NCBI GenBank assembly: GCA_039545335.1
Contig: BCIN01000001.1
Span: 3,847,136-3,911,135, forward strand
DNA: 64,000 nt
From: Kondoa subrosea
Taxonomy: Eukaryota
Direction: 5' to 3'
The stretch's first letter is position 1; each line of letters starts with the position of its first letter. The translations under genes and the position numbers were made by a program. This document shows positions 52,315 through 64,000 of the stretch, in pieces. Below the pieces are notes generated by a model. The model worked only from the letters and a program-made list of their open reading frames with translations. It searched no databases and was not told the origin of the DNA.

Positions 52315-53873
52315 TCATTTGCGCCATTCTACCAAGACTGCATCGGTGCGAAATCTGTCCAAAAGGGATCAATGGACATTCTCCTCGAAAGCAGAGACAG
52401 ACCTTTGAGTGCATGAAGTCCTTTCTAAAGGCGTCTCGTAGCCCATACGATGACTTAAGAGACCTACGATACAATTACTGAGTCTTTGTAACGCCTGATT
52501 GAATGAAGAACATACCAGCGTGCGATATCATTGCTCCATTATCAATACAGAATCTGTGAGAAAAGCGCTCCTTTAAGTCCTATTGGACAGAAAGAGACAT
52601 CTTGCTCACCTCTCATCCGTTGCGAACACTTTTCCGCCTCTCTCACTAGCCATAACACCCATCATTTCCTGTAATCGCTCATTACCTATCGGCATATTAA
52701 GTCTTCTCTTAATTTTTGGCTTTGTAGCACGACTCACAGCCTACACCGCCAACAATCAACACTTCTTTACTCCCAATATGTGCCATAGCCCTTTCCGTAA
52801 TCTCAACAAGCATAGCAAAAACCGTTTCCTGCAAAGAAAAGCACAAATCTTCTGGAGTAATTGGTTCTTTTTGTAGAGCAACCCCATTGACTTGTTTCCC
52901 ATTTGTTAAAGTTCTCAGTTTCATTGCGTGAGAAGGTGGAACGAAAGCTGGATCTCGAGTGTAGGTTTCGATTTGGGTTAGAATACCACCAAGGGAGATA
53001 TCCATTCCTTTCGTAGCGTAAGTTAATGGTATGAACCTTTTCCCTCTGTTCTCGTCATTCTCTGAATTAGCACTTTGAATGTGCACACCAAGAGAAGGAT
53101 GACGAACCTTTTCGCCCATTGTTCGATATTGTAACCAGGAGAAGGATCGTTTGGTAGACCAATCACTCGAGCAAATCGATCCAAACAGTTTCCTACTGCT
53201 ATATCGAGCGTTTCTCCAAATATTCGATACCGTTGTTGAGAATAAGCGATTACTTGAGTATTCCCTCCAGAGACGTATAGCACTACTGGATTCTGTGCTC
53301 CAGTGATCGTTCGACCCATTTCGATGTCTACAACACTTTGAGAAGCGGGAGAGGAGAAGCGAAAGGTGACTGACGACCGACACAGTGATTCACGCCTATC
53401 AGAGGTTTCTTGTACATGAGTGAAAGCGTTCTTGCTACGATGGCAACTGTTTGCAATGGTGCTCCCATCCCCGGACCTGTCATGCATACGAGATGTCAAA
53501 GCTAACGCAGCTCAAACGACCTGCATAACTGACCTTTGGTAAAACATATACAATCCAGCTCTTCAAAAGTGACCCCAGCCTGATCCAAAGCATCTCTAAT
53601 AACTCTCAAGATCCAATCTTTATGATGTTTGGCCGTATCGCTAGGTTGGAAACCTTCACCAGGTGGAGTGACATAAGTATGTCGAGGATTCGACAAGATT
53701 TCAGCTGCTCCTGTTCCTGCTGCATGTCGTACTATGCCTATTCCTAACTTGTTTGCGCTTCCTTCTAATCCCAGAGCTAGGTAAGAGCGTTCTGCTCGAG
53801 GTAATGGATCGGTTCTAGCCATGCTGCCGTCGGGCGGAAGGATGGGATAGCAAAGGCTTCCTGCAGCTGTCAT
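52315..53873 (-). CDS. KAE1: tRNA N6-threonylcarbamoyltransferase (KEOPS subunit); start could also be 53822
   Basis: [55 protein letters not shown] and [12 protein letters not shown]. Confidence 0.95.
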
Positions 53874-54448
53874 AGTCTCAGAGCAAGATATCAAGCAATC
53901 TCAGGTATATCTCAGTCAAGTTCGTAGATATAGGAAGAGCATTCGGAATTAGCAATAAGAGTCTTTTATGGTCTTTGCACAAGGTAAATACACGTCTAAA
54001 ATTACAACGATTGGTTGGCGCAAGACTATGACTTGGCCTATAGCTCAACCTCCGCGGATATTGCAGAGATAGGCAGCAAGAGTTCGAAGAACACCAGTAG
54101 GGCTGAAACCTCGTCGCTTTATAGAGCAGACTCCTCATGCTTTGTCTACATCGGTTCTGCTCGCCCCACTGCCCATATGGTCTCATTTCGATCTTCTCCT
54201 ATTCAGACTCTTTTACTCGTATCCTTCTCTGTTCATCGTGCTCGTTCTTCCTCACGAATTTCGATTGTCACTGCCTCGCCCTGGATGAGAACATCGAATC
54301 CATGTTTGTAAAGCTATTCTGACAGCCTGAGCAGGACAATTAATGACTCATCAACTGATGACATCCAAGTCTGTACGGATCAGATAAGGCTGACCACTCA
54401 GTATATCCATTCATCGCCGTCAAGGCTGTTCTCGTCGGTCCGGGCATC

Positions 54449-54455
54449 TATAAAA
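54449..54455 (+). promoter_or_regulatory. TATA box upstream of the orphan gene at 54542
   Basis: TATAAAA about 90 nt before the ATG, followed by a CT-rich leader. Confidence 0.5.
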
Positions 54456-54541
54456 GCTCTGTCAAATTCAGTTGCCTCTTCTTCCTTACCAATCCTTTCC
54501 AATCTTCCCTCCATCCTTGCTCTTCCAGATTCCATTGATCA

Positions 54542-55630
54542 ATGTCTCACTCAGCCAATACTATCGGTTCTAACATCACTGCTTTGGTCGCTCTTCTGAG
54601 CAGAACAGACCTTGAAAGCGCAAGGCAGAAGTATCAAGCAGCAAAGCCTATCTTTCAGGATCTCGAGCGTTCTGGTGATGACGATACCTTTCATAGGGAA
54701 TTGCAATCGAAAAATCTTCGGCCTGATATTTTGAATCAGCTCAATGCATTTACGCAAGAAGTCCATCAATATGCTAAGACTGACAAACTAGCTGATGAAG
54801 CCTACATTGAATCAATCTCCTTGGTCAGTCACAATGATCAGTGCTCAACTTCTTTCTAACTGATTCTGCATAGGTCATCGAAGTTATTAGCAGGGAGCAT
54901 CAGCCACGAGCTCAGATCAACACATCGGGTCAGTCAATCTCGCGAATCTGATGATCGCACGTGCTGAAGACGAGTCGAGTCTCCACTACCTCTCGAGGGG
55001 TGAACTTTGGACCGCCTTCGGCACGCGACCCCAACCGTTCTTCAGCTTCCCATGCTTCTCAGGGGCACATTGACGATGGTCGGCATCACAGTAGGTCAAT
55101 CAAGTAGACTTATTGTTCGACTAATTGTTTTCTGACAGCGCTTCCCTGTCCTCCTCCGTACCGCCAAGGTCCAGTTCACGGAGCCATGCCAGCAGCGAAT
55201 CTGAGCAGCCCTTCCAATGTCATAAATACCGCAGCTTCGGCCGTCAATAATACCTATGCTCATCAGTCTGTGCAAATATTGTCCAGCACAGACGCTGACA
55301 GAATCGCTGATGGAATGCGATACAATGAGCCTCGTGCTGGCGCGGGAGACCACGGAGGTAGCAGATCCAGCACTCCAGTTCCTCCTGAGTATACCCAGCA
55401 CGCTCATGACCCTCAAGGTAAGCATGTTCAGCTGGCTCATTAGAGGCGACTTGATTAATCTTTCGCTCCTTACAGTACATGACTGGCGCACACACGCTCC
55501 TTCTGGTCGCCAATATGCTACCTATGTAGATCGGACCGGGCAGCGCTGGATTAAATGGCAACGTCGGCAAAACGAACAGTGGGTACCAGGACCATGGCGG
55601 CGTTGGGATGGCGTGCATAATATGCACTAG
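54542..55630 (+). CDS. Hypothetical multi-exon protein with helical N-terminus and Trp-rich C-terminal module
   Basis: TATA box plus ATG, GT-AG introns, protein-like exons; last exon HDWRTHAPSGRQYATYVDRTGQRWIKWQRRQNEQWVPGPWRRW. Internal splicing is uncertain. Confidence 0.55.
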
Positions 55631-55681
55631 TAGGCTATTCACCTGCCTTGTGTACAACGAGAGACTGGCTGTGAATATAAA

Positions 55682-58408
55682 TCATGATTTATTCCTCCGC
55701 AAGAGAGCCTTCCTTTTCTCTTTCTGTGCAGCTTTAGCAGCTTCCTCTTCAGCTACTTCTTGTTGATGCTCGTCTTCAGTGATACCCCCTCCCTTGGTAT
55801 ACCAAATAATAGTGAATAGACCAAGAAGAGCGGTAACAATGCATGCGACAAGACTGCACAACATTAGTCTTGCTACAAAACGAGAAATTACACTCACGCG
55901 ATGATGCCTTTCGGTCGCCAGCCTAAGATTTGAGGGAAAGGACCGACTTTCAGCCCTTCGAGATCTGTAGCTGACATCTTTCCCACTGCATTGCCTTTAC
56001 TGCTCAGCCTAACATTCATGCAAAGGTCAGCATGCAGACAGGAAGGGAGCCAAACAGACTCGCCCGCTGGCTTCACAAGCTTCACCTATGAAAGCAGGCG
56101 GCTGTAACCGATCTTGCATCTTCAAAGGTGCTTCAATGAAAGTCATGGCCAGTCCTGGCATCATAGAGTCTTAGACAAGATCAGGAAAGAAGGCTCCGCT
56201 CGCGTACCGCTTTCGAGGTGCCATTCTACAAAGTTGTGCTTTCGTCAGTCTGATGCGACAATTGGTCAGAAATCGATCCTCACCTATATGACAATGGAAG
56301 ATCCAGCTTCCCTGCACCGATTTATTGTAAGCAGCAATAGAGACGGAAGCATAGATCTCACAGGATTATCAGCCCTAAAGCGTATTGTCGCTGAACCTTC
56401 TGGCGGAACTTGAACAGTATCTCTTCGAACAGGATTCGCTTGCCCTTCGATCAGAGGTGGGTTGATTGTTGGATCGTCCGAAGATACATTATATGATTTA
56501 TGCACGATTTGAAATTTATGACCATGTATCTGTGAAGCTCGTCAGAAGGTTCCTGTGGTCAGACAGAATGTATTTACATGGAATGGATGTTTACCCGCGT
56601 CGGTATTGTAGATGCTCACTTCAACCCAATCATTGTAGTTAAGCACGATATGAGCAGGCCCGTATATGTTATGATCCAGCGCATCTTGACCCATACTCAA
56701 TGCAGTAAGGATTGAAGGAGTTTTCTGAGTATTGAAGACTGTGTCGTTAAAGGTTCCTCTATTCGTTCCGTCATCGAAAGTATCGAATTTGACAATCAAA
56801 GGAATCGAGACATCTGCTGGTTGAGAAGCTTCAACCTCAAGTGGAACAAGAGCCAGGTCATTGAAATCTTCGTAGCTGTCTAAGGTCCGTGGCGAGTAGA
56901 AAGGTGCTGCTTGGTCGTAAATTATGCTCGAGGTCATATTTAATCTTAGTTCCGGTCCGTAAGAGTCGAACATGCCTGTACATCGGTCGGATGAGCAAAA
57001 TACGAGTAAGACTAACGCTACCTACTGGGATTCATATCGGCATGTCTGCACAAACAATGTCAGCAGTATTCCTTTTACTGGCCATGCACACTGACACGTA
57101 GAAGTTCTGCGTTGTATCATTACGAGCAGTAATGAGGACCGAGTAGCGTTGAGCCACAGTGAGAGTGAGAAAATCCGTCGAGTATTCCTCGACATCCACA
57201 CCATCTACCTCGATCACTCGCATGTCATGTCCACTGGAAAGGCATATCAGCTCTGATCCGATCATGAATCGACAAGCACGGACTCAATATAGAAGTGAAA
57301 CATTGCCAAAGCTCCCATGTTCGCGATACGCAAGCGATAAGTCTTTCCAGGTTCGAAATTCAGTTGAGCCTTGTCATTGAATCCAGGTAAGTATGTCCCG
57401 TTTGCAGCAGCGAAGTACATCAAGGATGATTCCGGAACCGGTTCTGCTCCTGTTCTGCGCAAAATCAGCTAATGATCTGGTGCAAGTATTGTGCTGCATA
57501 CGGGTTGTACTTGTTCCTGCAGCTTTAGTTAGCTCAGGAGGAATCGCAGGGTTAAATCCACATACAGGAACTTCTTGAGCAGAACAGGATGTTCTTCTTG
57601 ATACCAATCGCGGACGACTATAGTAAATCTGGGTGTAGAGTGTTGGCAAGCAGATCATATGCAGCGAAAGCAAGCACTCGCTCTTCATCATAAGTATAAG
57701 ATTCCACGTCTGCATGTATGTTGAATGGTGCAGCTAGTCCGTCAACGTATAGGCCTTGATTGCTGATCATTTTCTGCTTAGCAATGTCCTTTATCGTCAG
57801 CAGAAGCACTGACTGGGCGTGCCTGCGATAGCTTCTCAATTATATACTAAGAGCAATTGACTAAACTCACCACCAATATGTGCCAGGCGGTTGATTTGAA
57901 AGTGGTACAATGTAGCTGAAAGTAGCCTACAGCGTCTCATAAGCCAGAGTATCTTTAAGATACATGCAGACTGACACCAGGTGGTATGCCGCATTGTGTT
58001 ACGCCGACCGCACCGTCGTTGAAAGAAGTGTTAGTGAAGAGCATGCCATGGTGATGGATTGAAGCTGCTTTATCGCCCAGACCGTTGTATGCGTGCACGA
58101 TTAGAGTATCGCTCTGCTTGACATCAACAGCAGGAGGTGGCCAGGTGCCTTCGAGAAGGATATTAGCTCGACTTCGCTTCAAGGCAATCATCGAACTTTT
58201 GACTCACCATTGATGCCTACTACTCTTCTAGGCTGAAGAACTCCATTCGTTGGTTCCACACCTTCGACATACTCGATATTAAACCTGTGCAAAATCTAAT
58301 CAGATAAGAGTTGCCAAGTTTCGGCACGAACAAAACTTGCCAATACTCTTTCAACTCGGCTTGTACAGCAACTGCCACAGTCAAAGCGTACAGGAATCGC
58401 AGCATCAT
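55682..58408 (-). CDS. FET3: Multicopper ferroxidase (Fet3-type) with C-terminal TM helix
   Basis: Cu motifs IHHHG (with DGAVGVTQCGIPPG), WWHAH (micro-exon), HPFHIHGH and FHC..EWHLESGL; TM helix near the C-terminus; adjacent to FTR1. Confidence 0.92.
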
Positions 58409-58651
58409 CAAATATGAAGAAGGTGACACAGTGAGAAGAACAGTCTAGACCTTCCGGGTCAGGGCAGCCAATGTTTGGCTTCTACAATTTCATTGGTTAT
58501 CGCTGAATTTGCACGGCTCGGGCAGATGTGGACTGGTTGCCTGCTATTCTTGTTGACCAACCAAGTGCTGTAACCCTTCTCATTCGTCCTTTCTCTTTCA
58601 TCTCGCTTGCTTGTTGCTCGATTACCCTTTGTCGTACTGCCACTTTCAAAG
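58409..58651. promoter_or_regulatory. Bidirectional FET3/FTR1 promoter
   Basis: 243 nt between head-to-head ATGs; CCAAT at 58468-58472, inverted CCAAT at 58492-58496 and GATAA on the minus strand at 58497-58501. Confidence 0.6.
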
Positions 58652-60391
58652 ATGTCAACAGATCTCTTCTCTGTGCCTATCTTCTTTGTCGTTAGTGTCA
58701 TTCGCTGTATGGCCATGTAGATGCTGAATTTGAATGCATGCAGCTCTTTCGAGAGTCACTTGTAAGTCGGCGACAGGCATTACTAAGTGCCTACTACCTG
58801 TCGGAAATCGTCTGAACAATGTGCTATAGGAAGCTGCCATTATTGTATCCGTCCTCGCTTCTCTGCTGGAACAAATAGTCAAAGGCTCTGAGGATGGATC
58901 TTTTGTCGCACCATCATTGAAGCAATCAATTGATTCAAAAGATTCCTCTAACACGGCATCGGTTACCGAAGGCCTACCCGTCCTAATCACGGATTCGAGT
59001 CAAAGCGAGCAGCAATTACTAAGGAAGCTGCGCATACAAGTCAGTCTCTCTCGGTCCCGAGGCATGGCTCTCACAAATTGAGCAGATCTTTGCTGGAGCT
59101 CTTTCGGGACTCATCTTGGCTTTGGCTATCGGAGCAGCATTCATTGCGATATATTACACACAAGTGAAAAATTTATGGAGTTCAGCAGAAGAAATTTGGG
59201 AGGGTGTATTTTCGCTTATCGCGTCCGTCTTGTGTGTTTACGCATACGATACAAGCTGATTTTCTATTCAGGTGTATTATGATCTTCATTATGGCTTTGG
59301 CTATGCTAAAGATGGACCGCTCGAAAGCTAAATGGGCATGGAAACTCAAGACCGCTTTCGCCAAAAAGACTGCTCGTAAGTTCTATCTATCGCTCTATTG
59401 GTCCAGATACTGACGTCGAAAGTAGTAAAAGAAGCAGGACAAAGACAAGCTCTCACGGAGAAATACTTGTTATTCTTTTTACCATTCGTCACTGTTCTTC
59501 GAGAAGGTCTGGAAGCAGTAGTCTTTGTCGGAGGTGTATCTTTCGGTGGTTCTGGGAAATCAATACCGATTCCAGCTATAGTTGGCTTGATTTGCGGTTT
59601 GAGCGTAGGAGCGGCAATTTACATGTCTTCAAGACGAATCAGTCAGTCTTGATCCAGTGCTCAATATACGCAACCTGACATCAGAATCAGATCTTACTGG
59701 TTTTCTGGTTGTTTCTACTGCTGTATTGCTTCTCATTGGTGCTGGTCTCGCATCCAAGACAGTTGGCTATTTCCAAACCTGGAAATTTAACCGAGGTGTA
59801 GGAGGAGATGTTTCGTATGTTCGGCTCAACCCTGCGGTCGGTCATGCATTGATCAGTAATGCAGAGAAACGGGTGATGGTCCTGGAAGCTACGATGTCGA
59901 CAAGTAAGTCTACCTTTACTTGCGCATAGCTCAGACAGCTAGATTAAACTCATTGCATGCACAGCAATGTTTGGCATTTGACATATGGCAATCCAGAGAC
60001 AGGCTCAGGAGGATGGCAAATATTCAATGCCATACTTGGTTGGGTAAGGCTACAGTTCTACTCATCTAGTTCTACCACTGATGCGCTCTATCGTAGAACA
60101 ATACCGCAAGTATTGGGACGATTCTAGCATACATCTCTTATTGGTTATTCGTGATTGCCGCTTTAGTGTACATGAAGTGGAAAGAGGTATGTGTACTTTA
60201 TCTCGTGGCTCAATGGTTGTCTCATTCGATTTGCACAGGGTCGTCTGATCATCTTTGGCAAAGAGAGCCAAGTAGGCAAAACAAGAAGAGCGAGACGTCT
60301 TGCCGCACAAGAACAGCAAGCGAATGCTCTTCTAGCGGCACCAAGCGCGTCATTATCTCATGTAAAGAGTTACTCAGTAGTAGGATCGTGA
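58652..60391 (+). CDS. FTR1: High-affinity iron permease
   Basis: MSTDLFSVPIFFVLFRESLEAAII (first RExxE, split over a micro-exon), EEIWEG, TVLREGLEAVVFVGGV (second RExxE) and WQIFNAILGW. Confidence 0.93.
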
Positions 60392-60645
60392 TAGCATGCA
60401 TTGGACGCGTCAGATCTTGCTTCGATGTCATTTGCCTTCGGCGCGTTTTTATTTCTTCACCTTCCGAGAAGCTCTATTTTTCGCCCTTTCTTTAGCACAG
60501 CCGTTCTCCTTACTCCTTTTATACCAACTTGCTCTCATCTATACCTTGTTCTCTCCATCCATTACACTCTAGCTCTTCAATTCAAGTCAGAGTTGACTAT
60601 ACCCTGAAATCCAGATACCCCTATTCTGATCAGATTTTGTTCGAG

Positions 60646-61893
60646 ATGCCTATGATAAGCGATACACCTAAAGGAGCTCGCTATTGGGTCAATCCTCTGC
60701 CCAAAGTAAGCTTCAGATCCGCGCTCCATTCTGCTGTTTGAGATATGTCGATCCCTGCTTATCTGCCCCTTCAGAAGTGGGATCTCGCTCGTATTCTGCT
60801 CGAAGCTGGCGTTGGTCCTAAGATGCTGTCCCATTCAGTACCTTTCGATGCGGATAGAGCAAATGCTTTGGTGCAAGTTCTCGAATCAGCCAAAACGAAG
60901 AGGAAGGCTGCCTGGATGGAGTTCTACGCTGCTGATGATCGCGTAAAAGATCTAGTAGAGTAAGCTCGCTATCTCTCCTGCGTCTTTGGTGCTAAGCTGT
61001 GTTTTACAGCGACTTTGTCCAAGCTGGATTGTGAGTTTTGTCATTCCTTGATTTCTGATCCGCCTTATTCTTTTTACTTAGTCGACCACCACGTCTTCCT
61101 CATTACTTTCCTTTGGTATCAGAAGAGATCAACCGTGCTGTTTGGCAAACTATCGATTCTCAGTAAGCCAATTGAAGGGACGTATATTCATCTGACAACT
61201 GCTAATTACGTTTCCTGCAGTGTCAAAGGTGGGCTGAGCTCTATGCAAGTCAATCAGCTTCATAGTGAGTACGCAACGTGAGCAAATTGCTTCTTGCGCA
61301 TGAATCTGCTGATATTCTGCTTAAGTTTGGAATCTGAGATGTTCGTCTTATACTTCTTGGGTTGCTACGCTTGCTGATGTTCTCCCTACATAGTAAGAAG
61401 ATCAAAGATGCTACTGCTCTACTTGAAAAGTACTGTCTCGAAGCCAAGACTAGGTCAGTCTTCAGATAAGAGGGCACTCTCTAGCTCACGTTCGAGCAGA
61501 TTCAGCGAGCAGAATGCCCGCCTGCAGCAGAACCAAAACCAGTACCGACGTGGTGGAGAAGAATATCAGCAGCAGCCCTACATGATGGACAACAGCTATA
61601 CTCGAGCCTTTCCTCAGTATTCGGCTCGAAACGCTCAGCATTATCCTCGTTCGCCTTTAGGATATGGCTCTTATGATCGCACACCGGATCGTACACCTCC
61701 TTCTTCTCCACGTCGTTTTGCTCAATACAACCCTGGCTATTATTCACCCTTCGAAGAAGCTCAATTTCAGCGCATGCAACGTCAATATCAGTATCCCGTT
61801 CAACAGCAACCAGTTTACACCTACACTTCCTTGCCTAATTCTCCGGTAGTAAATCGTCAAGCCTACCAACGCAACCGGTATAACTCCTTGTGA
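60646..61893 (+). CDS. Hypothetical multi-exon protein with Q/Y/N/P-rich low-complexity C-terminus
   Basis: Protein-like exons (KWDLARILLEAGVGPK...) separated by GT-AG introns; long terminal exon. Start and internal splicing are uncertain. Confidence 0.5.
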
Positions 61894-62257
61894 GCATTGA
61901 AGAAGGTTTCATTCGCAATCACAAACGTCTCATCATCATCCACTTCATCTGCTCATTGTACGATCTCACACAGCTCTTTATCTTATTTCATCTACAACAT
62001 CATTCGAACCAAGAAAAAGCACCTTCATATCTCTCCCAACAAAAAAGTACATATATGCATTCTTCGTTTTCGGAAATTGGACATCATGCTTTGCATTCTC
62101 TTTAGACTAGAGTAGAATTTTTAGACTTAAAACTTAGACATCATCGTAACGAACATCGTGCTTGTACATAGTTTTCATAGAATTCCTTTACATGCATTTC
62201 GACTTTAGAGAGTTAAATAGAACACAGTACATAACACAAACAGATACGATCAGAGTA

Positions 62258-64000
62258 TTACCAAATACTTCCCGGCAATCGCGGATCTTCCTCATCTTCC
62301 GTCCAAATCGAATCCGGGCTGTAAGTGAGATCTGGCACCTGGTTGCGACCTGGAACTGGAGCTTCTCCGAGGTGTTGTTGGCGTAAATGTCGGAGTCTAG
62401 AATCTTCTTGCTGCTGTTGAGGACGAGTTTGCTGATGCTTCTGAACATGAGCAGGATGATTTGGTTCAGAATGCTGAGTTGGACGAGGAGATGGATGATG
62501 GGCTTGATGAAGGGGCTGAAGTGCCGCAATCTGAGCTGCGCGAACGATGTGAATAGTTGCTTCGTAGTATTCCTTTGTGTAGTTATAAGCTCGACAGAGA
62601 GGGTACTTAAGCTGCCGGCTTACTAAGAGATGTCCGTTCTGGGTTTGTAGCTCAGCGCAAGCAACTTTGAGGTGAGCGTTCTCCGCTTGCAATTTCTTGA
62701 GTTGCTGTTCTGGCTGTATGAAAATCATTAAACGAGTTTATCAAATCATCGGCAGATCTACCAGCTTCTCGTGCTCTGCCTTTGCTTTTGATTGACCGTC
62801 TTTAGCTTGTTGCATCTGTTGCTGAGCGACTGAATAATTGCTGAGCCAGGATCGTTCCTTTGGTAAATAGATTACTTACAATGCTGCATCATCGCGTAAG
62901 CTTGTTGGCGCTGCATCTCTTCTCTAGGATCGCCTTGAGTTTGATGCTGCTGCTGCTGCTGGGGCTTTTGCTGCTGGGACTTCCTGCCTGTTGTCCAAGG
63001 AGTTTCTTGACCTCTCTACATTGACTGTCAGATGTAGCGCTGTTCGGATACAGTCTTGACTCACCTGATATCGATCATTAAGATCATCTGTCGGAGAGAG
63101 CTTGAATAGCGGTCTCTCGGGCGGCGAGCGGGTAGGCAATGATTCCAGCAGATCTGCTAATTCTTCCTGCCTGCTCAAGATATGTGCGTGTCGAGCTGGT
63201 AAGCCTCCCATACGATTATAGTATTCTTCTTCGCTATCCGAAGACCTGCGTCTGGATGTTTCCTTTTGCGCCCGAGGTCTCTGAGGTTGACTTTGCCTAA
63301 CGGGATGGCGTGTCAGTGTTATGCAAGACAGAGTGCATTAAACACACCATTTAGTACTGGCCATTGATCTGTCCAGTGAAGTCAGCAAAGATCCGAAGCC
63401 CATGATGAAGGTGAGATTGAGTTGCTAAAAACAGAGATCTAGTTCCAAGCAAGCGGGAATGATCAGAAGAGCCACACAAGATAGCGAGATGGCAGAAACG
63501 GAAAAAGAGAGAGACGAGCGATATCTCTTTTGACACAAAAGGGTCTTTCGAGTACAGCTTCTGAGAATTAGTAAGAAGACCACTAATTACGACCTATAAC
63601 GTGACCAGCAACCTGACCAGGACAATGCATTATATTTATGGAGGGTATACCAGTTGTAGACAGCTATTGATCATCTCGTAAAAGTTGCATAAGTTCGTGA
63701 ACAAGCTCCTGTGCGATTATAGTAAGTATCAGTGTGTCGCCTACGATCGGCAACTGACGCTATAGAGCTTTCGATTCTCAGGTCCAGCATTGAAGTCGAT
63801 TGCTTGCGTTCCTTCGCGATTGACTCGAAGAATGAGGGAAAGTAGAATCCTTGCTTCGTCGAATGAAAAGGGACAGGGTTTGTGTTGAGCACATGCAAGT
63901 AATGCCTGTACGAATGATCAGCCAGGAACCAAGATATATTAGGCTTCCGAAAGCTCACCTGCGGATCAGAAAGTTCAAGCAATTCGTAGTACCTTCTGCT
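62258..64000 (-). CDS. Hypothetical multi-exon protein(s) with coiled-coil/Q-rich C-terminus; 5' end probably outside the window
   Basis: Several minus-strand exon-like frames (LSRQEELADLLESLP, QLKKLQAENAHLK, ...DPRLPGSIW*) with splice signals. Whether they form one gene is unresolved. Confidence 0.4.

Noticed and set aside
1..64000. Prokaryotic-type systems (CRISPR arrays, operons, IS elements), rRNA/tRNA genes and transposon ORFs
   Set aside because: The sequence is spliced fungal DNA. I saw no spaced direct repeats, terminal repeats, transposase/RT motifs or tRNA-like structure by eye; a covariance-model scan was not possible.

Overview
This is eukaryotic DNA: a gene-dense, intron-rich fungal chromosome segment. 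A basidiomycete, possibly Pucciniomycotina-like, is inferred from the 50-60 nt introns, micro-exons, a Cap64-like gene and Cys-rich secreted proteins. I can reconstruct about 28 spliced protein-coding genes by hand, so the ORF track shows only exon fragments. Recognisable genes are an F-box/LRR protein, dolichol kinase (SEC59), an EFM3/FAM86-like lysine methyltransferase, a secreted CHRD-domain protein, a heme-oxygenase-like diiron enzyme, SPB1, two KUP/HAK K+ transporter paralogs flanking ATG12, a myosin-motor chitin synthase, a metallo-beta-lactamase-fold protein, metacaspase, a Cap64-like SGNH protein, a STIMATE-like membrane protein, RPL1, KAE1 and a divergent FET3/FTR1 iron-uptake pair. 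I found no rRNA, tRNA, CRISPR array or transposon. The best leads are the membrane-anchored diiron enzyme of unknown substrate, a hidden spliced ~68-aa Tudor/SH3-like microprotein, the diverged KUP pair and a possibly chimeric secreted gene. All family calls come from motif recognition, not database searches, and exon boundaries are manual predictions.
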